Shown here: positions 19,029 through 28,700 of the stretch, piece after piece
Layout: the number at the start of each line of letters is the position of its first letter
Position numbering within the stretch: position 1 is the first letter of the stretch
Assembly: GCA_031962025.1 (NCBI GenBank)
Contig: JAVRKW010000005.1
From: Pseudothermotoga sp.
GTDB lineage: Bacteria; Thermotogota; Thermotogae; Thermotogales; DSM-5069
DNA: 64,000 bases
Reading direction: 5' to 3' (one strand)
Notes under the pieces: generated by a model
Told to the model about the DNA's origin: nothing
Seen by the model: only the letters and a program-made list of their open reading frames with translations
Database searches by the model: none
Made by a program: the position numbers and the translations under genes

Positions 19029-22000
19029 TTAAAAGACATTCGTATCAAAGGTACCGGTTAAAGGATCAACTGTGAAGGTCTTTTTTGGGAACTCTTTTAT
19101 GTAGAATTTGAAAGAAAGTTTCTGCACAGAAAAAGCCCGATCCACAGAAAACTGACCTTCGAAGATGAGACCCCAGCAATGAAGGTCCTTTTCCAGTGTG
19201 AACTTTAAATCACTGATGGCAAATGTTTCGGTGTTCATATTTATGTACAAACCAATGGCAGGATCGAACCCGGATAAATTGTACGAAAAACGGAGTCTGG
19301 ATGATCCTTTGATGTAATAGCCCGAGAACTCGTGTTTTGCCTTACCCGTATAGAAGATACCTTTGGCTTCGACTGACAGAAGATCAAACGGATAAGCGTT
19401 GAGTTTATAAACAAGCTTTATGTCTGGATTGGTCATGAACAAAAAATCGGTGCCTTTTACTGTGAGGGTATTTGTGATTATGTCGATTGGCTTTTCCTGA
19501 TTGTAGAAGTACGTAAACTCCGTCACGTGCCTAAATGTGCTGTATGATAAATCGATGTCAAAATCTGTTTTGTAAAACTGCTCTTTTTCGATCTGGTATA
19601 CAGTATTTGTGTAGACTGCAACCCCCATCTGCCACATCTTAAAAGCGGTACTGGTTTTGATAGTCAGATCATCCCACGTTGAAGTCAAAAGATCATAGGC
19701 TGTAGAAACTTCAAAAAGCGTTGTTGGTACATTCAACTTTGCAAGCAGGTTGATTTTTGATACTTCTGAGCTGTTGCTGAATGAATATACGTTGTTTGTG
19801 ATCACCCCGGTTCTCGAATAGCCAGCAGAGAAACTGAGAAAGTCAAATGGCTTGAATGTGAGTTTGTTATTGAATAACTGGGCAAATCTATAACCTATTT
19901 TTTCGTTGTTAACACCTGTCCAGATACCTGCCATCAGGGAGTTATCAACTGTCCATTCCAGTAAACCGAAATTGGCTCTCACCGTTTTGAAAGGAAGGTT
20001 TGAATCCAGCACAAAATATGTTCTGCTGGTTGGTTGAAAATCTGTCAGTTCGTAGAAACCTGAAAAATCAACCTGCAGATTTTTGAAAATAGAAGGCATT
20101 TTTACAGATAGCGTTGAGCTTAATCTTCCGGTTGTATCAAGCTCGTCAAAATGATCCAAAAGCGAACCCTGATTATAACTGACTGTTGAGCGATGGTAGA
20201 AAGAATTCACTGTGAGTGTGAAAAGATCAAATGGTAAAGTGATTTTTTTCAAATACACGTATGGCAAAACCCAGGTCACTTTGTCAAAGTTCTGTGATCT
20301 TGAGAACTGAACAGAGAGTTCTTTGATCGGAAAGAGTTGATATTCAAAATAATTGCTGTTATTTTTGAAAAAAGTTCTGAATTTCATCGATACAGGTTCA
20401 CTCAAAGATAAAGAACCATCAAATTGATAAACGTTATCCTGTGCTTTAGGCGGTTGACGAACGTAATAACTGGACTGAATCTTAAAAATGGACCATTCTC
20501 TTTTCAAATCAAACTGCGCATAACTGCCAGGTGTATCGCCAGATTCCTGCCAGCCTATCTTTGCACCAATAGACCCATCTTTGAAGCTTACGTTGTATGA
20601 ACTTTCAAAGGAAAAACCATCTGATTTCGAATATCCCAATTTGACAGCAAAAGGCTGTGGACCTTCTTTTAATGAAACAAAATAAACTGGCAGATAGACA
20701 GTTGGAACATTCAGTATGAAGATCACCACGTCATAGGCTGCCAGATATTCATTCTCCTTTACCTCGACCTTCAAAGCTTGCATTCGATAATGAGGTTGAT
20801 CCAGTTCGCAAGTTGTCAAATAACCTTTCTGAATCAAAGATTTGTCGTGTTGCCCTTCAAGAACTTCACCGGAAAAATACACAGTGTGTTTGGTTTTCTC
20901 TTCATCTGTGTAAATGGTCTTACCGCGAATGTTTGCCATCATACTGTACTGTTCAGAAAAAACATATGTGAATTGCTGGCATCTTATCGCTGTATCTTTC
21001 TTTGTGTAAGATACAGATTCTTCTGCAATGATCTTTTGTGCGTTCTTAGACTCATTCAGAAAAACTGTGAGTTTTTGACATTCAACCTTTGAATCTTGAA
21101 AAAGCGCCTCGACATTTCCACTGAAAACAACCGATGTTGCATCGTAAGTGACAGAACTCGCGTTAACAGTTAGCTTTTCTGTGCCCATAACATTTGTGAC
21201 CATGAATAACAGTAAAATCAAAAAAAGTCTGGAGAGTCTTTCTCTCAACCTGTAACTCAAAGGAGTATCCAGAAGCAGGAACAGGATAGCTCCGGTTGCC
21301 GCAAAAGATATGTCCGGTAACCACGCCGAAAGCACAGGATCGATGAGTCTTTCTTTCCCCATGGCACCAAGCCATGCGCCTGAACCCTGGTAAAGAACGA
21401 TTATCACAAAGGTCAGAATAACCCCCCAGGATTTACTTTTTAGGTTGAACATGAGAGATAAAGGTATGCCGACCAGAACGATTATCAAAGGTCCCAGTGA
21501 AATCGAATAACGGCTGTGCAGTTCCACAATCCATGGTGATGGATCTATACCGAGCTTTTTAAAGGTCGTTATTCTGTCTCTGAGTTCTTCACTTTTCATG
21601 TCCTTTGGTGTTTTACCAAAGCGCATGATCGATTCCAAATCCTGCTTCAGATCCAGTTCCACTTTGTTGAATTTCACATCGAACCTGAGCATACCATCCT
21701 TATCGACTCTGTAAAGCCTGCCATCGTACATGTACCACTTTTCTTCTTCTCTGACAACTTTCTTGGCTGTGATGATCTCTTCTTCGTTGGGTTCATTTCT
21801 GAAAAGCACGACATCCTGCAAAATGCCGTTTTGACGGTCGTACTTTTTTACATAGAAATACTGACTTTCATCGATTTTGGTGAGAATATTCTCACTGATG
21901 AAGACCTCTGGTCTTCTGTAAACGTATTTCGAAAGTGCTTCATTTGCTTTTTGATTATAATCCGGCACTACACGATCGCTCAGCCAGTAAGTCAAAAAAC

Positions 22001-22346
22001 TCAAAAGAATCGAGAGTATCAGAAAGGGAACGATGAGAACTTTTAGAGATATTCCATGAACCTGCAAAGCCATCAGCTCATGATCCGTTGAAAGTTGTGA
22101 CAGAACCCAGAATATCGCAAGCAAAACACCAACAGGTATTCCAAGTGCCACAAAGTATGGAAGATAATAGTACAGAACTCTCAGCAGAACGATAATGCCA
22201 ACTCTGTGACGGACTATCAGATCAGAGAGTTGATAGAGAACCTCGACGCTGACAAAGATGACAAAACCAGCCAGACCTATCAATATTGGACCTGTTGAGA
22301 GTTTTAAAATGTACTTAGTCAGTATTGTCAAACAGAACACCTTCAC
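19029..22346 (-). CDS. Fusion of an LptF/LptG-type permease, OstA/LptA-like beta-jellyroll region(s) and an LptD-like beta-barrel
   Basis: N-terminal LptF/G pattern (QLSTDHELMALQVHGISL, ELHSRYSISL, SAWLPDI); TTCELDQPHY (LptD-like); alternating beta-strands; C-terminal LHCW and a terminal Phe. Confidence 0.75.
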   Translation of the reverse strand: MKVFCLTILTKYILKLSTGPILIGLAGFVIFVSVEVLYQLSDLIVRHRVGIIVLLRVLYYYLPYFVALGIPVGVLLAIFWVLSQLSTDHELMALQVHGISLKVLIVPFLILSILLSFLTYWLSDRVVPDYNQKANEALSKYVYRRPEVFISENILTKIDESQYFYVKKYDRQNGILQDVVLFRNEPNEEEIITAKKVVREEEKWYMYDGRLYRVDKDGMLRFDVKFNKVELDLKQDLESIMRFGKTPKDMKSEELRDRITTFKKLGIDPSPWIVELHSRYSISLGPLIIVLVGIPLSLMFNLKSKSWGVILTFVIIVLYQGSGAWLGAMGKERLIDPVLSAWLPDISFAATGAILFLLLDTPLSYRLRERLSRLFLILLLFMVTNVMGTEKLTVNASSVTYDATSVVFSGNVEALFQDSKVECQKLTVFLNESKNAQKIIAEESVSYTKKDTAIRCQQFTYVFSEQYSMMANIRGKTIYTDEEKTKHTVYFSGEVLEGQHDKSLIQKGYLTTCELDQPHYRMQALKVEVKENEYLAAYDVVIFILNVPTVYLPVYFVSLKEGPQPFAVKLGYSKSDGFSFESSYNVSFKDGSIGAKIGWQESGDTPGSYAQFDLKREWSIFKIQSSYYVRQPPKAQDNVYQFDGSLSLSEPVSMKFRTFFKNNSNYFEYQLFPIKELSVQFSRSQNFDKVTWVLPYVYLKKITLPFDLFTLTVNSFYHRSTVSYNQGSLLDHFDELDTTGRLSSTLSVKMPSIFKNLQVDFSGFYELTDFQPTSRTYFVLDSNLPFKTVRANFGLLEWTVDNSLMAGIWTGVNNEKIGYRFAQLFNNKLTFKPFDFLSFSAGYSRTGVITNNVYSFSNSSEVSKINLLAKLNVPTTLFEVSTAYDLLTSTWDDLTIKTSTAFKMWQMGVAVYTNTVYQIEKEQFYKTDFDIDLSYSTFRHVTEFTYFYNQEKPIDIITNTLTVKGTDFLFMTNPDIKLVYKLNAYPFDLLSVEAKGIFYTGKAKHEFSGYYIKGSSRLRFSYNLSGFDPAIGLYINMNTETFAISDLKFTLEKDLHCWGLIFEGQFSVDRAFSVQKLSFKFYIKEFPKKTFTVDPLTGTFDTNVF

Positions 22347-23022
22347 TTTGCCTGAACAGTTTCATTTCATCTCTAAAACACTTGTAAGACTCAGAAGTCA
22401 CCACGTAAAGAACCGTTTCGACTATGTTTGTTGAAAGATCTGCAATCTCTTCTATTTTTTGAGCAAGTTCGAGTATCAAAACATCACGATCGATGTTCTT
22501 CTGGTCTTGCTTTGTAAAATTCAAAAGTTCATTCCTGAGTTCCATATAAAGCTCATCTATCTCGGCGTCCTTTGAGCAGATTTCAAAAGCCCCTTCTGTT
22601 TGAAGATCTGCAAGCAATCTGAGACTTTCCTTCAACATCCATGATGTCAATCTGCCAAGCTTGAGAAGACCCGGAATGAAGGTAATCTGCTGTTCTCTGA
22701 GAATAGTTATGGTTATCTGAGAAATTCTTCTGGCGTTGTCCCCTATTCTTTCAAAGATATTTGCAAGCTGTATGCTGCTGACGATGAACCGCAACTGAGC
22801 ACCGGTGAGATTGTGAATACCAAGCATTGCAGCAGCTTCTTCTCTCAGTTCTATTTCCATCTGATCCAGGATATTATCGTCTTCTATCACCTGCTTTGCC
22901 AGCTTTATGTCCCTATTTTCAATAGCTTCAAGTGAACGCAAGAACATCTTTTCCATATACCATCCCATTTTCATTAACGCTTTCTTGAACATCTCACTTT
23001 TCTCATCGATTATCCATTTCAT
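22315..23022 (-). CDS. phoU: Phosphate signalling complex protein PhoU
   Basis: Two PhoU repeats (LAKQVIEDDNILDQME...ERIGD; KDAEIDELY...EEIAD). Confidence 0.88.
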   Translation of the reverse strand: MKWIIDEKSEMFKKALMKMGWYMEKMFLRSLEAIENRDIKLAKQVIEDDNILDQMEIELREEAAAMLGIHNLTGAQLRFIVSSIQLANIFERIGDNARRISQITITILREQQITFIPGLLKLGRLTSWMLKESLRLLADLQTEGAFEICSKDAEIDELYMELRNELLNFTKQDQKNIDRDVLILELAQKIEEIADLSTNIVETVLYVVTSESYKCFRDEMKLFRQSEGVLFDNTD

Positions 23023-23797
23023 TTTGAACACCTCTTCCATAACCTACCTTTTCTTTAAGCACGGTGAAAAAATCATAATAGTCGGGTCTCAAAAGCGTGA
23101 AATACCTTTCGGATTTTGTTATCTCTATCTGTGTTGTTTTACCGACCGCAACACCATCAACCAAGACCTCAGACTCATTTGAAGTGCGAATGACAGTTTT
23201 TCGCTGGCTCTGTAAAATTATGCTTCTGTTTTGCAAATAATAAGGCGCAATGGGCAAAATTTGAATAACATCACAACTTGGGACAACGATTGCTCCGCCA
23301 AGAGAAAGGTTGTACGCCGTTGAACCAGTTGGAGTTGAAACTAAAATCCCATCTGCAAAGAAAGAAAGAACAGAGCAACCATCAAAGAAAATGTCAAACT
23401 CACTCATCTGACCAGATGGTGTATGAAATACGATGTCATTAACAGCATGAAATTGTACGTCTTGTATCTGGGTTTTCAGCATCCATCTTTTTTCTTCGAT
23501 CAGCTTACCTTTGTGCAGATCATCTAAGAATCGATCCACTTCTTCGAGTCTGTAATATGCTAAAAATCCAACCCTTCCTGCCTTGAATCCCACGATGGGA
23601 ATATTCAAAAGTTTCACGGCTTTTAAAACCGTACCATCTCCACCGATGATGATTGCAAAATCACATTCCTGACTGACTTTCTCGTTCTTCGCCTCGCATA
23701 TTTGCTTAACTTCAATATGTGCACTGATTTTTTCGGCAAGTAACTGTGCTTCTCTTGCTTTATCACTTCTGAAGATTATCGCGGCTGAGTAATTCAA
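23003..23797 (-). CDS. nadK: NAD+ kinase
   Basis: GGDGTVL, GRVGFL, AVND, ADGILVSTPTGSTAYNLSLGG. Confidence 0.93.
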   Translation of the reverse strand: MNYSAAIIFRSDKAREAQLLAEKISAHIEVKQICEAKNEKVSQECDFAIIIGGDGTVLKAVKLLNIPIVGFKAGRVGFLAYYRLEEVDRFLDDLHKGKLIEEKRWMLKTQIQDVQFHAVNDIVFHTPSGQMSEFDIFFDGCSVLSFFADGILVSTPTGSTAYNLSLGGAIVVPSCDVIQILPIAPYYLQNRSIILQSQRKTVIRTSNESEVLVDGVAVGKTTQIEITKSERYFTLLRPDYYDFFTVLKEKVGYGRGVQNEMDNR

Positions 23798-24099
23798 CGC
23801 AACACCACCGCCAGATCAATCAAGGTCCGTACTACAAAAACATCCAGAAAAGTCAAGATCAATATTGCTATCATTGGAGTGATATCCACCGGTCCAATAG
23901 GAGGTATAATCCGTCTGAGTGGTCTGAGCACGATCGCAGATACACCATCCACAAACTGCCTGAATGGATAGTAATGATAAGGCGTTATCCAGCTTAGAAT
24001 AGCTGAGATAACAACGCAGGTCAATTCAAAATATATAAAAACCTGTAAGACCTTGGCAATAGCCATGAATAAATTTGAAAGGACAAACACAGTACTCAC
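23794..24099 (-). CDS. yggT: YggT family membrane protein
   Basis: AILSWI...LRPLRRIIPPIGPVDITPMIA; adjacent to yggS. Confidence 0.9.
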   Translation of the reverse strand: MSTVFVLSNLFMAIAKVLQVFIYFELTCVVISAILSWITPYHYYPFRQFVDGVSAIVLRPLRRIIPPIGPVDITPMIAILILTFLDVFVVRTLIDLAVVLR

Positions 24100-24767
24100 T
24101 CTCCTTTGAAAAGCGCTCTACCAATTCTCACCATTGTTGCGCCTTCTTCTATGGCAATCTCAAAATCATTCGTCATACCCATTGACAGATGTTCCAGTTC
24201 AGGATAGTGCTTACGATAAAGATCCCTGAGCTTTCTCAATTCTCTGAAAATAGACCGGATCTGTTCAAAATCGTCTGTGAATGGAGCCATAGTCATGAGC
24301 CCCACCATCTGAACATTTTTGAGCCGAGAACCGAATTCAAGTATTTGTTCCAATTGAGACTGATCAATACCAGATTTTGTCTGCTCATGAGAGATATTCA
24401 CTTCGATGAGAACTTTTTGGATCTTTTTGCACCTACTCGCTATTTTATCTATTTGTATGAGTTCTTCTGTTCTGCAAACTGAGTGGATGTATTCACAGAT
24501 AGGTACTATGTATTTGATTTTATTGGTCTGTATTCTTCCGATAAAATGCCAGTTAATGTTCTTGATTATCCCAGATTTTTCAACCAGTTGTTGTGCGTAA
24601 TTTTCTGCCAGATCTTGAACGCCAAGCTCAACTATCTGTTTAACTTCTTCTATATCAGCCTGTTTTGTCACCGCAATCAACTTCACCGATTCAGGGTCTC
24701 TCCCGACACGTTTTGCAGCATTCTCAATTTTGGCTTTTACGTTCCTGAGATTCTGCGAGAGATCCAT
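24096..24767 (-). CDS. yggS: Pyridoxal phosphate homeostasis protein (YggS)
   Basis: LIAVTK, WHFIGRIQTNK, GLMTMAP, LSMGMTNDF, GATMVRIG. Confidence 0.95.
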   Translation of the reverse strand: MDLSQNLRNVKAKIENAAKRVGRDPESVKLIAVTKQADIEEVKQIVELGVQDLAENYAQQLVEKSGIIKNINWHFIGRIQTNKIKYIVPICEYIHSVCRTEELIQIDKIASRCKKIQKVLIEVNISHEQTKSGIDQSQLEQILEFGSRLKNVQMVGLMTMAPFTDDFEQIRSIFRELRKLRDLYRKHYPELEHLSMGMTNDFEIAIEEGATMVRIGRALFKGE

Positions 24768-25749
24768 CGAACAAACCTCCTTTTATCCTTGGTGAGTATC
24801 CAAGATGCGAATATGCAAAATCCGTCGCAACTCTTCCCCTTGAAGTGCGAATTATCAGACCTTTCTGCAGAAGATATGGTTCATGGACCTCTCTCAATGT
24901 ATCGGTTTCAAGGTTCAAAGTGGCAGCAAGTGATTCCAAACCAACAGGACCACCATCGTAAACCTCAATTATGGTTCTCAGTATCCTTCTGTCGATCTCA
25001 TCCAGTCCAAGCTCATCGATTTCGAGAATATCCATGGTCTTTTCCACCAGACCAACGTCAATACTGGTTTTTCCTTTCACTGTAGCCACATCCCGTGTTC
25101 TTCTGAGCAATCTCAGAGCAACTCTTGGAGTACATCTCGATCGCTCGGCGATCAATCTTGCTGCAGATTCTTCTATTTGGATACCAAGGATATTGCAAGC
25201 TCTCTTGATTATTTGAACCAGTTCATCAACATCATAGAACTGCAATTCAAGGGTCATGCCAAAACGGCTCCGCAGTGGAGAACTCAACAATCCACTTCTG
25301 GTTGTAGCTCCAATAAGTGTGAATGGTCTAAGACCAATGCGGATCGAACGGGCTGTTGGACCTTTACCTATCATTATGTCCACCTTGTAATCTTCGAGCG
25401 CCGAGTAGAAAATCTCTTCGACTGCCTTGTTGATTCTGTGAATCTCATCTATGAACAAAACATCGCCGTCGTTCAAGCTTGAAAGTATTGCCGCAATATC
25501 ACCCTGTTTTTCCAGTACTGGTCCGCTCGTAACGTATATATTCGTTCCCATTTCTTTTGCAACCACAAAGGCAAGGGTCGTTTTGCCAAGACCAGGTGGA
25601 CCTGCAAAAAGAATATGATCGAGCGGCTCATTTCTCATCTTGGCAGCCTGAATGGCTATCTTGAGTTTTCGCTTTACCTCAGTCTGTCCTATGTAATCAT
25701 CCAAGGACTGTGGTCTTAGAGAAGAAAGAATATCCCCATTCGTGCTCAC
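24724..25749 (-). CDS. ruvB: Holliday junction branch migration helicase RuvB
   Basis: LRPQSLDDYIGQ, GPPGLGKTT, FIDEIHR, GATTRSGLL; likely GTG start at 25749. Confidence 0.97.
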   Translation of the reverse strand: MSTNGDILSSLRPQSLDDYIGQTEVKRKLKIAIQAAKMRNEPLDHILFAGPPGLGKTTLAFVVAKEMGTNIYVTSGPVLEKQGDIAAILSSLNDGDVLFIDEIHRINKAVEEIFYSALEDYKVDIMIGKGPTARSIRIGLRPFTLIGATTRSGLLSSPLRSRFGMTLELQFYDVDELVQIIKRACNILGIQIEESAARLIAERSRCTPRVALRLLRRTRDVATVKGKTSIDVGLVEKTMDILEIDELGLDEIDRRILRTIIEVYDGGPVGLESLAATLNLETDTLREVHEPYLLQKGLIIRTSRGRVATDFAYSHLGYSPRIKGGLFDGSLAESQERKSQN

Positions 25750-25762
25750 CGTTTTGCTCCTT

Positions 25763-27061
25763 TCATGGATAAATCCTATATAGAGTTCTGGCAAATGGTA
25801 TAGCCTCTCTTATGTGCTCAAGTCCGCAAATCCATGCAACTGTTCTTTCAATTCCAAGACCAAAACCACTGTGAGGAACGCTTCCCCATCTTCTCAAATC
25901 CAAGTACCACTGGTATTTTTCCTTGGGCAAATTGAATTCTTCAAGTCTTTCCAGCAACAGTTGATAATCATGTATCCTTTGCGAACCACCTATGATTTCT
26001 CCATAACCTTCGGGTGCTAACAGATCGGCACATCGAACGACTTCTGGTCGTTCTGGATCTGGCTGCATGTAAAAAGCCTTGACCTTTCGTGGATAGTGCG
26101 TGACAAAAACCGGTTTTTCGAAATTCGAAGCTATAATAGTTTCTTCATCGCCGCCGAAATCATCACCCCACTGGATATTCAAGCCATTTTTCTGTAACAA
26201 CTTGATCGCTTCGTCGTAAGTGATTCTTTCAAAAGGTGGCTCTACTTTTTCGAGTTTTGTTATATCTCTATTCAGAGCTATCAAATGGTCTTTTGCATGT
26301 TCAAGGACATACTTCACTATGTAAGAAACAAGTTCTTCTTGCAGTTTCAGGTTGTCTTCATGTTCATAATATGCAACTTCGGCTTCGTGCATCCAGAATT
26401 CTATTAGATGCCGCCGTGTTTTTGATTTCTCAGCCCTGAAAGTTGGTCCAAGGTTATAGACTTTACCAAAAGCCATACAGGCAGCCTCAAGATAAAGCTG
26501 TCCTGTCTGAGTCAGATAAACCTTCCCGTAATCAAAATAATCGAGTTCGAACAAATTGCCGGCTGTTTCACCAATAGATCCGGTGAAAATTGGTGTGTCG
26601 ATCAAAGTGAAATTTCTGGCTTTATAAAACTGTCTTATAGCTGTTAAAATGGCATCTCTTACCTTTAGGATGTGAAACTGCCTTCTTGATCTCAACCACA
26701 AATGTCTGTAAGACATCAGAAAATCTATACCGTGGTCTTTCTTTGATATTGGATATGGTTCTTCTGGTATCTGAACTGGCACCACTTCAGATGCATGGAT
26801 CTCAACTTTGTAAGGTGATCTATTGTCTTCGATCACTTTGCCCCTGATGATAACACTCGACTCGATTCTCAATTTAGAAGCTTTTTCAAAGATTTCTGGA
26901 TCTGTTGAAGAACTTTCAACTACAACCTGAACAAAACCGGTGCCATCTCTGAATTGAATGAAATGAATCTTCCCGCTGGATCGCATGTTCCACACCCAGC
27001 CACGCAGTTCAACCTCTTCACCTATGTGGTTCTTCAGCTCTTCAACATAGAGCCATCTCAC
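25763..27061 (-). CDS. asnS: Asparagine--tRNA ligase
   Basis: OB fold (RGWVWNMRSSGK), YLTQTGQL, FRAEKSKTRRHLIEFW, PHSGFGLGIER; GTG start at 27061 with GAGGAGG RBS. Confidence 0.93.
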   Translation of the reverse strand: MRWLYVEELKNHIGEEVELRGWVWNMRSSGKIHFIQFRDGTGFVQVVVESSSTDPEIFEKASKLRIESSVIIRGKVIEDNRSPYKVEIHASEVVPVQIPEEPYPISKKDHGIDFLMSYRHLWLRSRRQFHILKVRDAILTAIRQFYKARNFTLIDTPIFTGSIGETAGNLFELDYFDYGKVYLTQTGQLYLEAACMAFGKVYNLGPTFRAEKSKTRRHLIEFWMHEAEVAYYEHEDNLKLQEELVSYIVKYVLEHAKDHLIALNRDITKLEKVEPPFERITYDEAIKLLQKNGLNIQWGDDFGGDEETIIASNFEKPVFVTHYPRKVKAFYMQPDPERPEVVRCADLLAPEGYGEIIGGSQRIHDYQLLLERLEEFNLPKEKYQWYLDLRRWGSVPHSGFGLGIERTVAWICGLEHIREAIPFARTLYRIYP

Positions 27062-27113
27062 GACAGATCCCTCCTCACCGCTTTCCTTTTTATAATAACA
27101 CTTCACATGTCAC

Positions 27114-27141
27114 TTGAACATTGTGGACATCATGGTATAAT
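27114..27141 (+). promoter_or_regulatory. Sigma-70 promoter of tRNA-Cys
   Basis: TTGAAC-N16-TATAAT with an extended TG, 10 nt before the tRNA. Confidence 0.7.
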
Positions 27142-27151
27142 ACAATTGCAA

Positions 27152-27227
27152 GGCGACGTAGCCAAGCGGTTAAGGCGGGGGTCTGCAAAATCCCTATGCG
27201 TGGGTTCGAATCCCACCGTCGCCTCCA
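27152..27227 (+). tRNA. tRNA-Cys (GCA)
   Basis: Acceptor stem GGCGACG/CGTCGCC, anticodon loop CTGCAAA, GGTTCGAATCC T-arm, U73 discriminator, encoded CCA. Confidence 0.97.
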
Positions 27228-27250
27228 GGGGGAAGTACTTCCCCTTTTTT
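27228..27250 (+). terminator. Intrinsic terminator after tRNA-Cys
   Basis: GGGGAAG-ta-CTTCCCC followed by a T-tract. Confidence 0.75.
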
Positions 27251-27305
27251 CTTTCCCACTTGACTATTCATCCAACAGTTGCATAATCATCTTAGAGGTG
27301 ATTTT

Positions 27306-28700
27306 ATGGATATCAGGCGCCTCGATCGCTTTATTTTTCAGATAAAAGGGTTCAACGTTGACGCGACTGTTTATACAGATGATCAGACGATTAATGATCC
27401 AGAATTCAGGGAAGCCTTACAACAGATAGTGAATGTAACATACATGCCCGGCATAATTGCCGCAATTGCTATGCCAGACATTCACTGGGGTTATGGTTTT
27501 CCAATAGGAGGAGTTGGAGTTTTTTCAGCTGAAGATGGAGTTATCTCACCTGGTGGTATAGGATTTGACATAAACTGCGGTGTGAGACTTTTGCTGACTT
27601 CTGCGAGTGAGAACGAAGTCAGACCAGTTATAAACAAATTGCTTGAACAGATTTACAAAACTGTTCCGGTGGGTGTGGGAGCAAGTGGAGCTATCAAAGT
27701 GGACGAGAAAACACTGCGGCAGATTTGTGTACAGGGTGCTCACTGGGCTGTAGAAAAGGGGTTTGGAACCAAACAGGACCTGAACAGGATTGAAGATTCA
27801 GGAAGGTTAAGCCCGGCTGATCCAAACTGTGTATCAAAAAAGGCTTTTGAAAGAGGACTTGACGAGCTAAGCACACTCGGTGCGGGTAATCATTTCATAG
27901 AGATACAAAAGGTCGATCGAATTTTCAACCAAGATTTTGCGCAGAAATTTGGAATTTTCAAAGATCAGATTGCGATCTGTATACACTGTGGTAGTCGTGG
28001 ATTTGGACACCAGATTGCCACAGATTACATTCAAATCATGCGTGATAAACTATCTGATCACAACAAAAATCTACCCGATAAGCAGTTGATAAACGCCCCA
28101 TTCAACCATACAATCGGACAGCAGTACTTTAACGCGATGAACTGTGCAGCAAATTACGCCTTTGCCAACAGGCAGATGATATCTGAAATGATAAAAAGAA
28201 GCTTTGAAAAGGTTTTGCCAGAACATGACATCTGGCTTCTGTACGATGTGGCGCACAATATAGCAAAACTCGAAAATTATGGACGAAAGGTTATAGTTCA
28301 TCGTAAAGGAGCCACAAGATCCCTTGGTCCTGGAAATACTTTACTGCCTGAAGAATTTGTGAAAGTGGGACAGCCTGTTTTGATACCCGGAAGTATGGGA
28401 AGCGCATCTTATGTTCTTGTTGGAACTGAAAGAGCAGAGCAGATTTCGTTTGCAAGTACAGCCCACGGTGCCGGAAGAGTCCTTGGCAGAAGGGCGGCAC
28501 TGAGAAATCTGAGTTATGAACAGGTTTTAAAGCAACTTGCTCAGAAGGGCATACTGACTCTGAGCAAAGAGAAAAAGACATTGATCGAAGAAGCTCCTGA
28601 AACTTACAAAGATGTGGAGAGAGTTGTTGAGATCGTGGATCAGGTTGGCATATCGAAAAAAGTTGCACGTTTAATACCACTGGGTGTGGTAAAGGGATGA
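27306..28700 (+). CDS. rtcB: RNA ligase RtcB
   Basis: MPDIHWGYGFPIGG, GFDINCGVR, TLGAGNHFIE, HCGSRG, HRKGAT, PGSMG, STAHGAGR, EEAPETYK. Confidence 0.96.
   Translation: MDIRRLDRFIFQIKGFNVDATVYTDDQTINDPEFREALQQIVNVTYMPGIIAAIAMPDIHWGYGFPIGGVGVFSAEDGVISPGGIGFDINCGVRLLLTSASENEVRPVINKLLEQIYKTVPVGVGASGAIKVDEKTLRQICVQGAHWAVEKGFGTKQDLNRIEDSGRLSPADPNCVSKKAFERGLDELSTLGAGNHFIEIQKVDRIFNQDFAQKFGIFKDQIAICIHCGSRGFGHQIATDYIQIMRDKLSDHNKNLPDKQLINAPFNHTIGQQYFNAMNCAANYAFANRQMISEMIKRSFEKVLPEHDIWLLYDVAHNIAKLENYGRKVIVHRKGATRSLGPGNTLLPEEFVKVGQPVLIPGSMGSASYVLVGTERAEQISFASTAHGAGRVLGRRAALRNLSYEQVLKQLAQKGILTLSKEKKTLIEEAPETYKDVERVVEIVDQVGISKKVARLIPLGVVKG

Noticed and set aside
27121..27345. 74-aa ORF, and the 110-aa ORF at 26954-27286
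   Set aside because: They overlap tRNA-Cys and its terminator, so they are spurious
27306..28700. Possible intein in RtcB
   Set aside because: Length (464 aa) is normal, catalytic motifs are contiguous, and there is no intein signature
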